From NCBI GenBank assembly GCA_041687695.1, contig JAWLBL010000010.1:66676-130675 (forward strand): a stretch of 64,000 nucleotides of DNA, read 5' to 3'. The translations under genes were made by a program, and so were the position numbers. Source of the DNA: Myxococcota bacterium (GTDB lineage Bacteria > Myxococcota_A > UBA9042 > PHBI01 > JAWLBL01). This document shows, in pieces, positions 50,853 to 61,621 of this stretch; positions within the stretch are counted from its first letter, which is position 1, and each line of letters opens with the position of its first letter. The notes under the pieces are model-generated. The model was not told where the DNA came from. It did no database searches and saw only the letters and a program-made list of their open reading frames with translations.

Positions 50853-53800
50853 TTACACCAGGTCCGGGTTGGGGTTGCGGAGCTGCGCGAGGTACGACGT
50901 GCGCGGCTGCGTGTTGAGATCCACCAGGACCGCGTAGTCCAGCGGGATGGCCTTGAGCTTGCTGACCCGGCTGTTCGGGTCGGCGACGTCACCGAAGACG
51001 ATGGCGTCGGTCGGGCAGGTCTGCTGGCAGGCCGTCACGATGCCGCCGTCGGGGACGATGCCGGTGCCCGCGACCTTGGCCTGGATCTTGGCCTCCTGGA
51101 TGCGCTGCACGCAGTAGGTGCACTTCTCCATGACGCCGCGGAACCGGACGGTCACGTTCGGGTTCTTCTGCATCTGCACCGTGACCGGGAGATCCAGGTT
51201 GTAGTTGAAGAAGTTGAACCGACGGACCTTGTAGGGGCAGTTGTTCGAGCAGTAGCGCGTGCCGATGCACCGGTTGTAGGCCATGTCGTTGAGGCCGTCC
51301 GGGCTGTGCGCGGTGGCCGCGACCGGGCAGACGCTCTCGCACGGGGCGTTCTCGCAGTGCTGGCACAGCATCGGCTGCGTGACGGCCTGCGGGTTGTCCC
51401 AGTCCTGGCCCGTGTAGTAGCGGTCGATGCGCAGCCAGTGCATCTCGCGCCCGTTGAGCACCTCGTCCTTGCCGACCACCGGGATGTTGTTCTCGGCGAC
51501 GCAGGCGACCAGGCAGGCGTTGCACCCGACGCAGGCCGTCAGGTCGATGCTCATGCCCCACTGCTGCGGGTAGGTGTAGGGAGGCTCCTCCCACAGCGAC
51601 TTGAGCTGGTCTTCCTTGATGATGGCGAACTGCGCCTCGTCGACCTGGTTCGGGTTCTCCTTGTAGGAGGCGGCCGTCAGCTCGCGGACGATGGGGCGCG
51701 TCTCCCAGCCCGGGGCGGGCTCGAGGCGGCCGTAGTCCTGGGTCGAGGCGAGCTTGTACTCGGCGCCGGTGGCCTTGATGGCCACACCGGGGACGATCCA
51801 GGGCGCGGCGACCGGGCGGACCGAGTAGGCGTCGAAGCCGCCCCACTCGCCGTCCTTGCTGGCGACGGCGCCGACGTTCTTGCGCCCGTAGCCCAGGTTC
51901 AGCGCGACCGTGCCGGGCGCCTGGCCCGGGTCGGGGAAGACCGCCACGTCGAGGCTGCGCTGGCCGGCCGTGAGGCTCACCATGCCGCCGAGCCCCAGGC
52001 CGAGCCGCGAGGCGTCGGTCGGGTGCATGTGCAGGGCGTTGTCCCAGGTCAGCTTGGTCATCGGGTCCGGGGTCTCCTGCAGCCACGCGTTGTTCGCGAA
52101 GCGGCCGTCGAAGACCGTCGGGTCGACGTAGAGGTTGAGCTCGAAGGTGTCGCCCGCCGCCGAGGGCGTCGGCGGCGCCGCCGCGAGCGCCGTCTGCAGG
52201 CCCGACCAGTTGAACGCGGGGGGCTGGCCCTGCGCCTCGCCGGCCGCGTCGGCCGGGACGATGCCGCTGTGCAGCCAGCGCCGCCAGGCCTTGTCGTTGA
52301 CCGCGCCGCCGGAGCGACGCGTCCAGTACTCGCGGACGAGATCGTAGCCGTTGATGGCGCGGCCGGCCGCGGCGCGGGCGGCGACCTCGAGCAGGCTGGG
52401 CGTGAAGTACAGCGGCGCGATGAGCGGCTGCACGATGCTGGTGATCCCGTCGACCGTGCGGAGGTCGCCCCAGCTCTCGAGGTAGTGGCTGACCGGCAGG
52501 TGCAGCGTCGACAGGCGGGCCGTCTCGTCGACGTACAGGCCCGCGTGGATGCGGTCGGGGACCTTGCCGAGCTTGGTGGCGAGGTCGAGCTCGCCGGGGG
52601 CCGTGTAGACCGGGTTGGTGCCCAGGAAGACGACCGTCTGGACGCTGCCCGTGTCGATGGCCTGGGCCAGGGCGGCGAGATCCTCGGCCTCGGGCAGGGT
52701 CGTCACCGAGTGCCAGGTCTCGGCCGTGCCGGTCGAGCCCAGGCTCTGGTTCATCAGGTGGGCCAGGGCATGCACCCAGGCCGGCTGGCGGTCGCCCGCG
52801 ACGACCAGGCCGCGGGTCCCGGCGGCGCGCAGGTCCTTGGCGACGGCGCGCGCAAAGGCGAGGGCGGGCTCGGCCACCGTCGGGGTCCCGAGGGCCCCAG
52901 CGACGCCTTGGGCGCCAGCCGGAGCCCCGCCGCCGAGCAGCTCGGCGGCCACGAGGCGCGCGACGTTGCCCACGTCGCTGCCCGCGACGCGCAGGCGGTG
53001 GTCGGCCTTGGCGCCGGTCGCCGTGAACGTCGGCTCGGCGACGTACAGGCGGTTCATCTTGTCGGGGGACAGGTCGATCTTGCGGCCGCGGGCGAAGCCC
53101 TTGCCGTAGCGGACGAGATCCCCGTCGCGCCCGAAGAGATCGGCGTCGAGGACCAGGATGGTGTCCGCGTTCTCGAGGCGATACAGGGCCTGGCGGCCGG
53201 CGGCGCCCGCCATCGCCGCGCCCGCGACCCGGGCGGCCGGGAAGGCCGGGTCCGAGTGGTACAGCCGGGCGTTGGGCATGCCCTGCTCGAGCAGGTCCAG
53301 CGTCGCGCGGTAGCTGGGCGACATCACGGTGTCGATGACGACCGCGACGCCGGCGCCGCCCGCGGCGCGGGCCCGGGCGAGGACCTGGTCGAAGGCGGCG
53401 TAGGCCTCGTCCCAGGTGATGGTCTTGGCGTCGTCGCCGGCGCCCTGGCGCGGGGCCTGGGAGCGATCGGGGTCGTAGAGGTCGAGCACCGACGCCTGGG
53501 CGAAGACGCTGGCGGCGCCCAGCGAGTGCGGGTGCTGCGGGTTGCCCTCGATCTTGGTCGGTCGGCCGTCGCTGGCCTCGACGACCAGCCCCTGCACCGA
53601 GGTGCCGAGCTGGAAGGCGGTCGCGTAGAACATCGGGCGGCCCGGGACGAGATCCTCGGGGCGCTGGGCGAAGGGCATGACCAGCTCGCGCGGCTTGCGG
53701 ATGCAGCCGCTGAGGCCGGCGCCGGCGAGGGCGGTCGAGGCGCCCATCAGGCCGAGGAACTTGCGGCGGCTCACCCCGTCGAGGGCGAGCTCGGCGGCGC

Positions 53801-53936
53801 CTTCGGGGAACTCGCGGCCGGCGTCGGGCCCGGCGCTGGCGGCGTCCCGCCCGGCGGCCTGCTGGGCGTAGTCCTTGATGCTTCGCCAGTAGCCGGTGTT
53901 GGCCTTGCCAACGGGCGTCTTGGACGTGTCGGTCAT
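50853..53936 (-). CDS. actB: Alternative complex III ActB (Tat-exported molybdopterin-oxidoreductase-like domain plus Fe-S domain)
   Basis: Tat motif 'SRRKFL', lipobox 'LSGC', 'GRPTKIEGNP', 'CVGCNAC..AC', 'CQHCENAPC..VCP', 'CIGTRYCSNNCP', 'KCTYC'. Confidence 0.95.
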   Translation of the reverse strand: MTDTSKTPVGKANTGYWRSIKDYAQQAAGRDAASAGPDAGREFPEGAAELALDGVSRRKFLGLMGASTALAGAGLSGCIRKPRELVMPFAQRPEDLVPGRPMFYATAFQLGTSVQGLVVEASDGRPTKIEGNPQHPHSLGAASVFAQASVLDLYDPDRSQAPRQGAGDDAKTITWDEAYAAFDQVLARARAAGGAGVAVVIDTVMSPSYRATLDLLEQGMPNARLYHSDPAFPAARVAGAAMAGAAGRQALYRLENADTILVLDADLFGRDGDLVRYGKGFARGRKIDLSPDKMNRLYVAEPTFTATGAKADHRLRVAGSDVGNVARLVAAELLGGGAPAGAQGVAGALGTPTVAEPALAFARAVAKDLRAAGTRGLVVAGDRQPAWVHALAHLMNQSLGSTGTAETWHSVTTLPEAEDLAALAQAIDTGSVQTVVFLGTNPVYTAPGELDLATKLGKVPDRIHAGLYVDETARLSTLHLPVSHYLESWGDLRTVDGITSIVQPLIAPLYFTPSLLEVAARAAAGRAINGYDLVREYWTRRSGGAVNDKAWRRWLHSGIVPADAAGEAQGQPPAFNWSGLQTALAAAPPTPSAAGDTFELNLYVDPTVFDGRFANNAWLQETPDPMTKLTWDNALHMHPTDASRLGLGLGGMVSLTAGQRSLDVAVFPDPGQAPGTVALNLGYGRKNVGAVASKDGEWGGFDAYSVRPVAAPWIVPGVAIKATGAEYKLASTQDYGRLEPAPGWETRPIVRELTAASYKENPNQVDEAQFAIIKEDQLKSLWEEPPYTYPQQWGMSIDLTACVGCNACLVACVAENNIPVVGKDEVLNGREMHWLRIDRYYTGQDWDNPQAVTQPMLCQHCENAPCESVCPVAATAHSPDGLNDMAYNRCIGTRYCSNNCPYKVRRFNFFNYNLDLPVTVQMQKNPNVTVRFRGVMEKCTYCVQRIQEAKIQAKVAGTGIVPDGGIVTACQQTCPTDAIVFGDVADPNSRVSKLKAIPLDYAVLVDLNTQPRTSYLAQLRNPNPDLV

Positions 53937-54580
53937 CGGTGGCATCCCGAGCAGTGGATGGGGGGGCTGAGCTCACGGGTGCGGGCGGGGTCCTGGGTGG
54001 CGTCGTAGCCGGCGGTCGCCGGATCCCAGTCCATGTTCGTCACCTGGTCGAGCGGCCGCAGGTTCGGCGTCGGGTCGCGGTGGCAGTCGAGGCACCACTG
54101 CATCGACAGCGGCGACTCGAGCGTGACCACCGGCATGCGGTCGACGCGGCCGTGGCAGGTCGAGCAGCCCACGCCGGCGGCCAGGTGCACGCTGTGGTCG
54201 AAGTACGCGTACTCCGGCAGCTGGTGGACCTTGACCCACGGCACCGGCGCGCCGGCCTCGTAGCTCTCGCGGATGGGCGCGAGCGACGGCCGGTCGGTGC
54301 CCACCTGCGAGTGACAGTTCATGCAGGTGGCTGTCGGGGGAATCGCCGCGTAGCTCGATTCCTCGACGGAGCTGTGGCAGTACCGGCAGTCCAGGCCCAG
54401 GTCGCCCGCGTGCAGCTTGTGGCTGAACGGGACGGGCTGGGTGGGTCGGTAGCCCACATCGGTGTACCACGGCGAGAACCAATACCAGATGGCGCCCACC
54501 AGCCCTGAGAGCAGGACGGGGGCTCCGACGCCGATGGCGAGCGGTATCTTGTTGGTCCAGCGGGGAAAGATAGCTGCCAC
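53933..54580 (-). CDS. actA: Alternative complex III pentaheme cytochrome c ActA
   Basis: One transmembrane segment and five CxxCH motifs (CRYCH, CMNCH, CSTCH, CLDCH, CSGCH). Confidence 0.95.
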   Translation of the reverse strand: MAAIFPRWTNKIPLAIGVGAPVLLSGLVGAIWYWFSPWYTDVGYRPTQPVPFSHKLHAGDLGLDCRYCHSSVEESSYAAIPPTATCMNCHSQVGTDRPSLAPIRESYEAGAPVPWVKVHQLPEYAYFDHSVHLAAGVGCSTCHGRVDRMPVVTLESPLSMQWCLDCHRDPTPNLRPLDQVTNMDWDPATAGYDATQDPARTRELSPPIHCSGCHR

Positions 54581-54956
54581 TTCAGCTCCCCTTGACGGTC
54601 GGGTCAGCGTACGGGCCTAGGAGTGTGTCGCTTCGGCGACAGCGGCGAACGACACAGGGCCGGTGCCAAATCGGCGCGGACCGTAGCAGCCGCGCGCGAC
54701 CCTGGCAACAGCCTTGAATGGCGCGCCCGAGCGTGGCCCGAGGCGGCGCCGAGCGCAGCTGTAATGGCGTGTGAATTCGCCATGTTGCGCTGCGTGAGGG
54801 CCGGGTTTTGGCGCGGCTTTGACACTCGGACCCGATGGGTCCGAATATCCGCCACGCGGGCGAGGATCGGGGCGGCCGACAGGCTGGCGGCGCGGGGCCG
54901 TTGCAGGCGCACTGCCAGACGCCCGAGCAGGCGCAGCGAGCCGGTGCAGGCGGGCA

Positions 54957-55658
54957 TCATCGGGACGAGCCCTCCTCGGCCAGGACGTGCTGGGCGCGGT
55001 GGAAGACCTCGTCCACGCCGAGCGCGTCCGAGCCGTAGTAGCCGCGGATGCGTCCCTGGCCGTCGACGAGCACCAGCTTGGTCGAGTGGGCGATGTCGAC
55101 GAGGCCCTCGGAGGTCGGCTTCTTGTCGCCCATGTGGGTGCGGAAGCCGTCGGCGATGACGTGCCGCAGGGCGGGCTCGGTACCCGTGACGAAGTGCCAC
55201 CGCGCGAAATCGGCGCCGTGTTCGGCGCCGTAGGCGGTGAGGCGCTCGGGGGTGTCGATCTCGGGGTCCACCGTGAAGCTGACCAGCTCGACCGGGACTT
55301 TGGCGCCGGCGTAGCGCCCCTGGAGGTCGGCCATGGCGCGGGTGACGTCGCGGCAGACGGAGGGGCAGCTGGTGAAGATGAAGCTGGCGACCCAGACGCG
55401 GCCGGCCATGCGCTCGAGGCTGAAGGGCTGCCCGGCCTGGTCGGTCAGGGAGGCGAAGGCCTGGAGCTGACCGAACACGGGCGGCGGATCCGGGACGCGG
55501 CGCGTCAGCGGGCGGATGGCCGGGACGAAGACGACGGCCGCGGCGATGCCGAACCACCAGGGGTGCTTGATGAAGGCGCGCCTCAACCAGCCGGCTTCGG
55601 GGGGGCGGGTCGGGTCGGCTTCGGGCCGCGGGGTGGGGTCGGGGGTCGGCGCGGTCAT
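54957..55658 (-). CDS. Second SCO/SenC copper chaperone
   Basis: 'FIFTSCPSVC', 'TVDPEIDTPERL', 'IAHS..LVLVD..GRIRGYY'. Confidence 0.9.
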   Translation of the reverse strand: MTAPTPDPTPRPEADPTRPPEAGWLRRAFIKHPWWFGIAAAVVFVPAIRPLTRRVPDPPPVFGQLQAFASLTDQAGQPFSLERMAGRVWVASFIFTSCPSVCRDVTRAMADLQGRYAGAKVPVELVSFTVDPEIDTPERLTAYGAEHGADFARWHFVTGTEPALRHVIADGFRTHMGDKKPTSEGLVDIAHSTKLVLVDGQGRIRGYYGSDALGVDEVFHRAQHVLAEEGSSR

Positions 55659-56578
55659 GGGGCCCGCAGGACGACGTCCAGGACGAGGGCCACGATGAGG
55701 CCGGGGAGGTAGACCAGGGAGGCCAGGAAGTAGTCGCGGGCCCAGCGGGGGCGGGCGGTGGCGCGGAGGCCGAGCAGGCCGTGGCCGAGGAAGGCGAGGC
55801 CGAGGAAGGCGGCGACCACGAAGTAGAAGGTGCCGGTGACGCCGAGCGGCGTCAGGGCGAGGCTGATGGGCACGAGGGCCGTGGCCCAGGCGACGGCCTG
55901 GCGCTTGGCGACGAGATCGCCGCGGACGACCGGGACGATGCGGATGCCGGCGCGCGCGTAGTCGGCCTTTCGGTACAGGGAGATGGCCAGGAAGTGGGGA
56001 ATCTGCCACACGAGGAGGATGCCGAAGAGGACGAGGCCGGGGGCGTCGAGGGTCCCGGTGGCGGCCGTCCAGCCCATGAGCGGCGGCATGGCGCCGGGGA
56101 CGGCGCCGATGACCAGGGCCAGGGGCGTCCGGTACTTGAGGGGGGTGTAGACGAGGACGTAGGAGAGCAGGGCGAAGGCGCCGAGGGCGGCCGTGAGGAG
56201 GTTGGTGCCGGCGAGGAGCACGCCCAGGGCGACGACGCCGAGGGCGACGCCGAAGGCGAGGACGCCGCCGGGGGCCAGCCGGCCGGTGGCGGTGGGCCGC
56301 TTGCGGGTGCGGGCCATCAGGCGGTCGGAGTCGCGCTCCCACCACATGTTGAGGGCGTTGGCCGAGCCGACGGCGAGGGCCGTGCCGACCAGGGCCCACA
56401 GGGCGAGCGGGGCGTCGACGGCGGCCGGCGCAAGCCAGAGCCCGCCGGCCGTCGTGATGAGGCACATGCGGGTGATGGACGGCTTGGTCAGGGCGAGCCA
56501 GTCCGACAGGCGCGGGCGCTCGGCGGCGGGCGCGAGGGCGTCGCCCGGCGGCGGGATGGCGGGCGCGGGCGCGCTCAC
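55655..56578 (-). CDS. cyoE: Heme O synthase (protoheme IX farnesyltransferase)
   Basis: 'LTKP', 'N...ERDSDRLMART..RP', 'YTPLK', 'WQIPHF', 'DYARAG'. Confidence 0.95.
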   Translation of the reverse strand: MSAPAPAIPPPGDALAPAAERPRLSDWLALTKPSITRMCLITTAGGLWLAPAAVDAPLALWALVGTALAVGSANALNMWWERDSDRLMARTRKRPTATGRLAPGGVLAFGVALGVVALGVLLAGTNLLTAALGAFALLSYVLVYTPLKYRTPLALVIGAVPGAMPPLMGWTAATGTLDAPGLVLFGILLVWQIPHFLAISLYRKADYARAGIRIVPVVRGDLVAKRQAVAWATALVPISLALTPLGVTGTFYFVVAAFLGLAFLGHGLLGLRATARPRWARDYFLASLVYLPGLIVALVLDVVLRAP

Positions 56579-57048
56579 AGCGACACCCCGCGCTGATCGT
56601 TGAGGCAGTAGTTCTGCAGGGCGCCGTAGGCGTTGCCGCAGGCCTTGATGTGGGCGCGGGCCGAGCCGTGCTTCTTGGAGATGCCGCGGGCCTCGCACAT
56701 CTTGAAGGTCCAGTGGCCCTTGGGATCCTCGTTGACCGCCGTGGCGCAGTCGGCCTGGCGGTCGGCGCCGCCCAGGCACTGCACGAGGGCCATCGGCAGC
56801 GACGAGTCGCACAGGCTGAGCATCGCGTCGCAGCCCTCGGCGTGCCACTGCAGGACCTGGCCGATGCACTGGTCGGTCGACAGGGTCGCCCCGACGGCCT
56901 GGAAGTGGGCGAGCTGGGCCTTGATGTGGCGCTCGGACAGCTTGTAGCGGTACCAGGCGACGCCGCCGAGTACGAAGGCCACGATCAGGAGGCCGCCGAT
57001 CACGAGGGTGGCGCCTGAGGAACGCTGGCTGGGACGAGGGTCGTTCAT
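56575..57048 (-). CDS. Membrane-anchored Cys-rich hypothetical protein, first gene of the cyoE operon
   Basis: One N-terminal transmembrane segment, eight Cys; stop overlaps the cyoE start (GTGA). Confidence 0.7.
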   Translation of the reverse strand: MNDPRPSQRSSGATLVIGGLLIVAFVLGGVAWYRYKLSERHIKAQLAHFQAVGATLSTDQCIGQVLQWHAEGCDAMLSLCDSSLPMALVQCLGGADRQADCATAVNEDPKGHWTFKMCEARGISKKHGSARAHIKACGNAYGALQNYCLNDQRGVSL

Positions 57049-57057
57049 CGCGGCCGG

Positions 57058-57086
57058 TTCATAGGAGATGGGGGGGTGGGTGTCAA
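57058..57086 (-). promoter_or_regulatory. sigma70-type promoter of the cyoE-sco operon
   Basis: TTGACA-N17-TATGAA, ending 9 nt before the ATG at 57048. Confidence 0.7.
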
Positions 57087-57261
57087 TCGGAAACGGGGAT
57101 GGAACGGCCCGGTTTTCCAAAGGTTATCGTGCGATTGTGCACGGTTGGGGGGTGGGCGCGGGGGCGTCCGGTGGGGGGCGGCGCGGGTGGGGTGCGCGGG
57201 CGCTTGACCGCGCGGGAGGTGGGGGGTACGAGGCCGGCCGGACGAGCTGGAGGGAGGCGAC

Positions 57262-58230
57262 GTGGGCGAGGTCACGCGGATCCTGGGGACGACGGAGGGC
57301 GAGATCGCGCAGGCGGCGGCGCTGCTTCGGCAGGGGCGGCTCGTCGGGATGCCGACCGAGACGGTCTATGGGTTGGCGGCGGACGCGTCGAGCGCCGACG
57401 CGGTGGGGCGCATCTTCGCGGCCAAGGGGCGGCCGGCGACGCACCCGGTCATCGTGCACGTGGCGGGGCTCGAGGCGCTGCCCGAGTGGGTGGCCGAGGT
57501 GCCCGAGGCGGCGCGGCGGCTGGGCGAGGCGTTCTGGCCCGGGCCGCTGACGATGGTGCTGCGGCGGTCGGCGCGGGTGCCCGACGCGGTGACCGGGGGG
57601 CAGGACACGGTGGCGGTGCGGGTCCCGGGGCATCCGGTGGCGCTGGCGCTGCTGCGGGCGTTCGGGGGCGGGCTGGCGGCGCCGTCGGCGAACCGGTTCG
57701 GCGCGGTGAGTCCGACGCGGGCCGAGCACGTCGCGCGGGATCTCGACGGCGTGGTGGCGGCGGTCGTGGACGGGGGGGCCTGCGAGGTCGGGATCGAGTC
57801 GACCATCGTCGACCTGACGGGCCCGGTGGCGCGTGTGCTGCGGCCGGGCGCGGTGACGGCCGAGGCGATGGAGGCCGTCCTGGGCGAGGCCGTCGCGCGG
57901 GCGCCGAGCGAGGCGGTGAGGGCGCCCGGGCTGCTGCCGTCGCACTACAAGCCGAGGGCGCGGGTCGAGCTGGTCCCGGCCGAGACGGCGCTGGCCCGCG
58001 CCACGGCGCTCGCCGAGCAGGGGCGTAGCGTCGCCTATCTGGGGAGGCTGGAGGCGCCGGGCTTCACGTCGACGCGGGCGTTCGCCTCGGACGAGGCGTT
58101 CGCGCGGGGGCTGTACGCGGCCTTTCGCGAGGCGGACGACGCCGGGGCCGAGGTCATCGTCGTGGCGGCGCCCGAAGCGGAAGGTCTGGGGGTCGCGCTG
58201 CTCGACCGCCTGAGGCGAGCCGCGCGCTGA
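57262..58230 (+). CDS. tsaC: L-threonylcarbamoyladenylate synthase (Sua5 type)
   Basis: 'PTETVYGL', 'KGRP', 'FWPGPLT', 'AAPSANRFG', 'GIESTI', 'HY.P' and a Sua5 C-terminal domain. Confidence 0.95.
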   Translation: MGEVTRILGTTEGEIAQAAALLRQGRLVGMPTETVYGLAADASSADAVGRIFAAKGRPATHPVIVHVAGLEALPEWVAEVPEAARRLGEAFWPGPLTMVLRRSARVPDAVTGGQDTVAVRVPGHPVALALLRAFGGGLAAPSANRFGAVSPTRAEHVARDLDGVVAAVVDGGACEVGIESTIVDLTGPVARVLRPGAVTAEAMEAVLGEAVARAPSEAVRAPGLLPSHYKPRARVELVPAETALARATALAEQGRSVAYLGRLEAPGFTSTRAFASDEAFARGLYAAFREADDAGAEVIVVAAPEAEGLGVALLDRLRRAAR

Positions 58231-58253
58231 GGCCGCTGGCGTTCGAAAGAGCG

Positions 58254-58287
58254 AAGCCCCCGCTCGCCTCTCGGTGAGCGGGGGCTT
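58254..58287. terminator. Stem-loop between convergent tsaC and the tRNA genes
   Basis: aagcccccgctc-gcc-tctc-ggt-gagcgggggctt. Confidence 0.7.
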
Positions 58288-58289
58288 GC

Positions 58290-58365
58290 TGGCGTCCCCA
58301 GCGGGATTCGAACCCGCGTCGCCGGCGTGAAAGGCCGGTGTCCTGGGCCTCTAGACGATGGGGAC
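58290..58365 (-). tRNA. tRNA-Glu(TTC) with encoded CCA
   Basis: GTCCCCA acceptor stem, anticodon arm CCGGC-CT-TTC-AC-GCCGG, GGTTCGAATCC T-loop, GCCA end. Confidence 0.96.
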
Positions 58366-58392
58366 AGAACCCTTGGCGTCGGGTGCAGCGAG

Positions 58393-58465
58393 TGGGCCGA
58401 GCGAGGCTCGAACTCGCGACCATCGGATTAAAAGTCCGGTGCTCTTCCAACTGAGCTATCGGCCC
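58393..58465 (-). tRNA. tRNA-Lys(TTT), CCA not encoded
   Basis: GGGCCGA-TAGCTCAGTTGG, anticodon loop CT-TTT-AA, GTTCGAGC T-loop, TCGGCCC-A end. Confidence 0.95.
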
Positions 58466-58478
58466 GGAGCGAGGCGTG

Positions 58479-58507
58479 CTTGTAACCAAGCGCCGCCGGG
58501 GCGTCAA
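58479..58507 (-). promoter_or_regulatory. Putative promoter of the tRNA-Lys/tRNA-Glu pair
   Basis: TTGACG-N17-TACAAG just upstream of tRNA-Lys. Confidence 0.6.
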
Positions 58508-58641
58508 GCCTCATGGCGCGACGCGCAGATGGCGACGGCGGGGGCGCGGCGGACGTCCTGGCGCGACCCGGTCGATGGGAAAGAAATCGCTTATGATTCC
58601 TTCACTTGACGCCGCCTCGCGCTCGGATAGCTTCCGCCGCG

Positions 58642-59511
58642 ATGACGACCACGACGCGACCCATCCTGCTCATCCATGGCGGCGCCGGCCGGGCGGCCAA
58701 CCCCGACCGGGCGGCCGAGATCCACGCCGCCGTCCAGCGCATCGTCGCCGAGGCCTGGCCCGCGCTGCGCGCCGGGGGCGCGCTCGAGGCGGTGGTCGAG
58801 GCCGTGCGCCGGCTCGAGGACGACCCACGCTTCAACGCCGGGACGGGCAGCAAGCTGCAGCGCGACGGCGCGGCGCGCCTGTCGGCGAGCCTGATGGACG
58901 GCGCGCGCGAGCGCTTCTCGGGCGTGGTCAACGTCGAGGGGCTGCTCAACCCGATCGCGCTGTGCCGCGGGCTGCTCGAGGACGCCGACCGCGTGCTGAT
59001 GGGCGAGGGCGCCCTGGCGCGGGCGCGTGAGCTGGGGCTGCGCGAGGGCGACGTGCGCACCGAGCGCGCGCTGGCGGCCTGGCGGGCGGCGGCGGAGGGC
59101 CAGACGGGGACGGTCGGCGCCGTCGCGGTGGACGCCGACGGGCGGCTGGCCGCCGCGACCAGCACGGGGGGCCGGGGCTTCGAGCGGGTGGGGCGGGTCA
59201 GCGACTCGTGCACCATCGCAGGCAACTACGCGACCGCCGCGGCCGCAGTGAGCTGCACGGGCGTCGGCGAGCACATCGTCGACGGCGGGCTCGCGGCGCG
59301 CCTGGTGGGCGCGGTCGAGGCCGGGCGAGGCCTCGAGCAGGCCGCCGACGCGCTGATCGCCCGGATGAACACGCGCGGCTGGGAGGCCGGCTTCATCGCG
59401 GTGGACCGCGCCGGGGGCTTCGTGGCGCGCCGCACGACCGAGGCGATGACCTGGTGCGCGCGCACCGACGACGGCGTCTTCGGATCCTGGTCCGAGGACG
59501 AGCGGGGCTGA
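58642..59511 (+). CDS. iaaA: Isoaspartyl peptidase / L-asparaginase (Ntn hydrolase)
   Basis: 'IHGGAG', 'LEDDPRFNAG', nucleophile Thr in 'GTVGAVA', 'TSTGG', 'GRVSDS', 'TGVGE'. Confidence 0.88.
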   Translation: MTTTTRPILLIHGGAGRAANPDRAAEIHAAVQRIVAEAWPALRAGGALEAVVEAVRRLEDDPRFNAGTGSKLQRDGAARLSASLMDGARERFSGVVNVEGLLNPIALCRGLLEDADRVLMGEGALARARELGLREGDVRTERALAAWRAAAEGQTGTVGAVAVDADGRLAAATSTGGRGFERVGRVSDSCTIAGNYATAAAAVSCTGVGEHIVDGGLAARLVGAVEAGRGLEQAADALIARMNTRGWEAGFIAVDRAGGFVARRTTEAMTWCARTDDGVFGSWSEDERG

Positions 59512-59514
59512 CCG

Positions 59515-60405
59515 ATGCTGGGCGAGTCGCTCGCGCTCGGGTCCGCGCTGGCCTGGGCCACCGCGGTCGTGCTGTATCGCCGCGCCGGCGACGTCGGGGC
59601 CCCGGCGCTCAACCTGTTCAAGAGCGTCCTGAGCGCCTCCTTGCTGGCCGTGACCCTCGTCGCCATGGGTGACGGCGTCCGCCTGGATCGGTCGGCCGAG
59701 CCCTGGGCGCGGCTGGTCGCCAGCGGCCTGCTGGGCATCGCCGTCGCCGACACCATCTTCCTCGGCGCCCTGCGACGCATCGGCCCGGCGCTGCTGTCCA
59801 TCGTCGAGTGCGTCTACAGCCCCATCGTCGTGTTGCTGTCGGTCCTGGTGCTGGGCGAGCAGGTCGGCGGGGTCTTCGCGGTCGGCGCGGGCCTGGTCGC
59901 CGTCGGCGTCGCCACGGCCAGCTGGCCGCAACGCGACCTGTCCCCGGCCGAGGAGACCCCCGGGCGCGAGCAGCGCAAGGGCGTCGCCATGGGGCTGTTC
60001 GCCGTGGCGATCATGGCGGTGGGCGTCATCGTCGCCAAGCCCGCCCTGAGCGGTGGCGGCGTCGTCGAGATCGCCCTCGTGCGGGTCGTGGTGGGCCTCG
60101 CCGGCCAGCTGGTCTTCTTGGGAGCGCGCCGCGAGCTGGGCCGCGCGCTGCGGATCTTCAGGCCGCAGGCCGCGTGGCGCTGGTTGCTGCCGGGCTCGGT
60201 GCTGGGCGCCTACCTGTCGGGGATGCTCTGGATCGGCGGCATCAAGTTCGCCGACGCCTCGGTCGCCTCGGTGCTGAGCCAGATGGCCATGGTCTTCACC
60301 CTGGTCCTGGCGCGCCTGTTCCTGGGCGAGCCGCTGTCGCCGCGTCGCCTCGTGGCGGGCGGCGCCGCGCTGGCGGGCGCCCTGGTCGTGGCCCTGGCGC
60401 CCTGA
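59515..60405 (+). CDS. DMT/EamA family transporter
   Basis: About ten transmembrane segments in two repeats, each ending 'LGE'. Confidence 0.88.
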   Translation: MLGESLALGSALAWATAVVLYRRAGDVGAPALNLFKSVLSASLLAVTLVAMGDGVRLDRSAEPWARLVASGLLGIAVADTIFLGALRRIGPALLSIVECVYSPIVVLLSVLVLGEQVGGVFAVGAGLVAVGVATASWPQRDLSPAEETPGREQRKGVAMGLFAVAIMAVGVIVAKPALSGGGVVEIALVRVVVGLAGQLVFLGARRELGRALRIFRPQAAWRWLLPGSVLGAYLSGMLWIGGIKFADASVASVLSQMAMVFTLVLARLFLGEPLSPRRLVAGGAALAGALVVALAP

Positions 60406-60408
60406 AAC

Positions 60409-60449
60409 GCGAACGCCGCCCGACCCGAAGCGGGCAGGGCGGCGTTCGC
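60409..60449. terminator. Stem-loop between the convergent EamA gene and carA
   Basis: Inverted repeat gcgaacgccgcc ... ggcggcgttcgc. Confidence 0.65.
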
Positions 60450-60469
60450 CGACGTCCCATGCGCGAGGC

Positions 60470-61617
<1,148 letters not shown>

Positions 61618-61621
<4 letters not shown>

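Noticed and set aside
49293..54008. 1571-aa plus-strand ORF and many other long overlapping ORFs
   Set aside because: Antisense or alternate-frame shadows of real genes, caused by stop-codon scarcity at very high GC
54600..54830. Riboswitch, sRNA or FNR box upstream of actA
   Set aside because: No recognisable consensus or convincing structure by eye
58290..58465. tRNA genes as the attachment site of an integrated element
   Set aside because: No integrase and no duplicated tRNA 3' end seen; flanks are housekeeping genes
57262..58465. Functional link between tsaC and the adjacent tRNA-Lys(UUU), a t6A substrate
   Set aside because: Convergent and separately terminated; adjacency alone is not evidence
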